From Neophaeotheca triangularis (Eukaryota), in NCBI GenBank assembly GCA_054600435.1, contig BAAIJX010000059.1:62001-126000 (forward strand): a stretch of 64,000 bases of DNA. The letters are read 5' to 3'. The notes under the pieces are model-generated. The model was not told where the DNA came from. It did no database searches and was given only the letters and a program-made list of their open reading frames with translations. Below are positions 63,349 to 64,000 of this stretch, piece by piece (position 1 is the stretch's first letter; the number at the start of each line of letters is the position of its first letter). Both the position numbers and the translations under genes were made by a program.

Positions 63349-64000
63349 TTATAGAACAATTGCCAACCCCAAGACTGCTGCTCCTGCCATACCGAGCAGC
63401 CCCATGCCCTCGGAGCCAAAAGGCCCAACGACACTGGCGGCGTTCTGTAAACTCGGGTCGCTTTCGTCATCAGTGGGCTCGGCTTCCTCAGCCCCGGCAC
63501 CCTGGGCCGTAGCAGTGACTTGCCCACCCACGACGGCGAAACTGGTGATAGTCCTCGGTCCCCTGTCGCCGGTGATGGTCTGGATGACCAACTCGCTGAC
63601 CTGGCCGCCTTCGCCCGTGTAAGTGGTGGTGAAGGTTGAGCCTTGAGCGTTGGTGAGGGTGAAGACTTGGCCCTCGCCTGTGACATCGGAGAGGGTTATG
63701 GGCGAGCCGTCGGAGTCGGTGGTTGTGATGTCGCGGCCGTCAGAATCGGGTGTGGCGGATGGGCCGGTGGTTGGGGCCGGGGAGGTCGGGCTCGAGTCGT
63801 CGTCGTCGTCGTCGTTGGAGCCTGGAGCTGCATTGGAGGTCACTATGCGACCGCCTGAAGCTACGAGGACATTTGCTAGGGGAGAAGTTGATATGTCCCC
63901 GGCGTCGTTTGTGACGACAGCGCCTGCGACGCTGGAGCGCGTTGTGATGGTGCTGCCGGAGTCGTCGGTGGTGGTAATGTCGACCTCGACGCTGGCCGGA
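63349..64000 (-). CDS. 3' part of a Ser/Thr-rich, probably GPI-anchored cell-surface protein (5' end lies outside the window)
   Basis: Frame is open from the window edge. Internal repeats DITTTDDSGSTIT / DITTTDSDGSPIT. Omega-site-like QNAA is followed by the hydrophobic tail MGLLGMAGAAVLGLAIVL*. Confidence 0.75.
   Translation of the reverse strand, partial: PASVEVDITTTDDSGSTITTRSSVAGAVVTNDAGDISTSPLANVLVASGGRIVTSNAAPGSNDDDDDDSSPTSPAPTTGPSATPDSDGRDITTTDSDGSPITLSDVTGEGQVFTLTNAQGSTFTTTYTGEGGQVSELVIQTITGDRGPRTITSFAVVGGQVTATAQGAGAEEAEPTDDESDPSLQNAASVVGPFGSEGMGLLGMAGAAVLGLAIVL

Overview
This window is eukaryotic DNA from a filamentous ascomycete. It has GT-AG introns with CTRAC branch points, an intron-containing tRNA and an NsdD-type GATA factor; the F-box family type suggests a Dothideomycete (inference). 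Positions 3.0-16.4 kb hold a compact seven-gene catabolic cluster: aldehyde dehydrogenase, FMN 2-hydroxy-acid oxidase (PTS1, with an apparent frameshift), methylmalonate-semialdehyde dehydrogenase, NAD(P)-binding epimerase-like protein, GABA/beta-alanine aminotransferase, DHDPS-family aldolase and amino-acid permease. I do not recognise it as a described pathway. Positions 17-30 kb hold a Pex28/29-like peroxin, a TPR protein with a putative inactive PPPDE-like domain, and an F-box gene. The F-box gene lies between a ~200-bp fold-back element and a ~1.65-kb degenerate non-coding tandem array (~115-bp unit, CACGTG core). The remainder holds a VOC extradiol dioxygenase, indoleamine 2,3-dioxygenase, a tRNA with a CAA anticodon and Ser-like body, Sam35, a stand-alone HisD/HpsN-like dehydrogenase, two more F-box genes, Nop16, a ZIP zinc transporter, NsdD, glutamate-cysteine ligase and the 3' part of a GPI-type Ser/Thr-rich protein. 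Exon boundaries were read by eye and no database searches were run.
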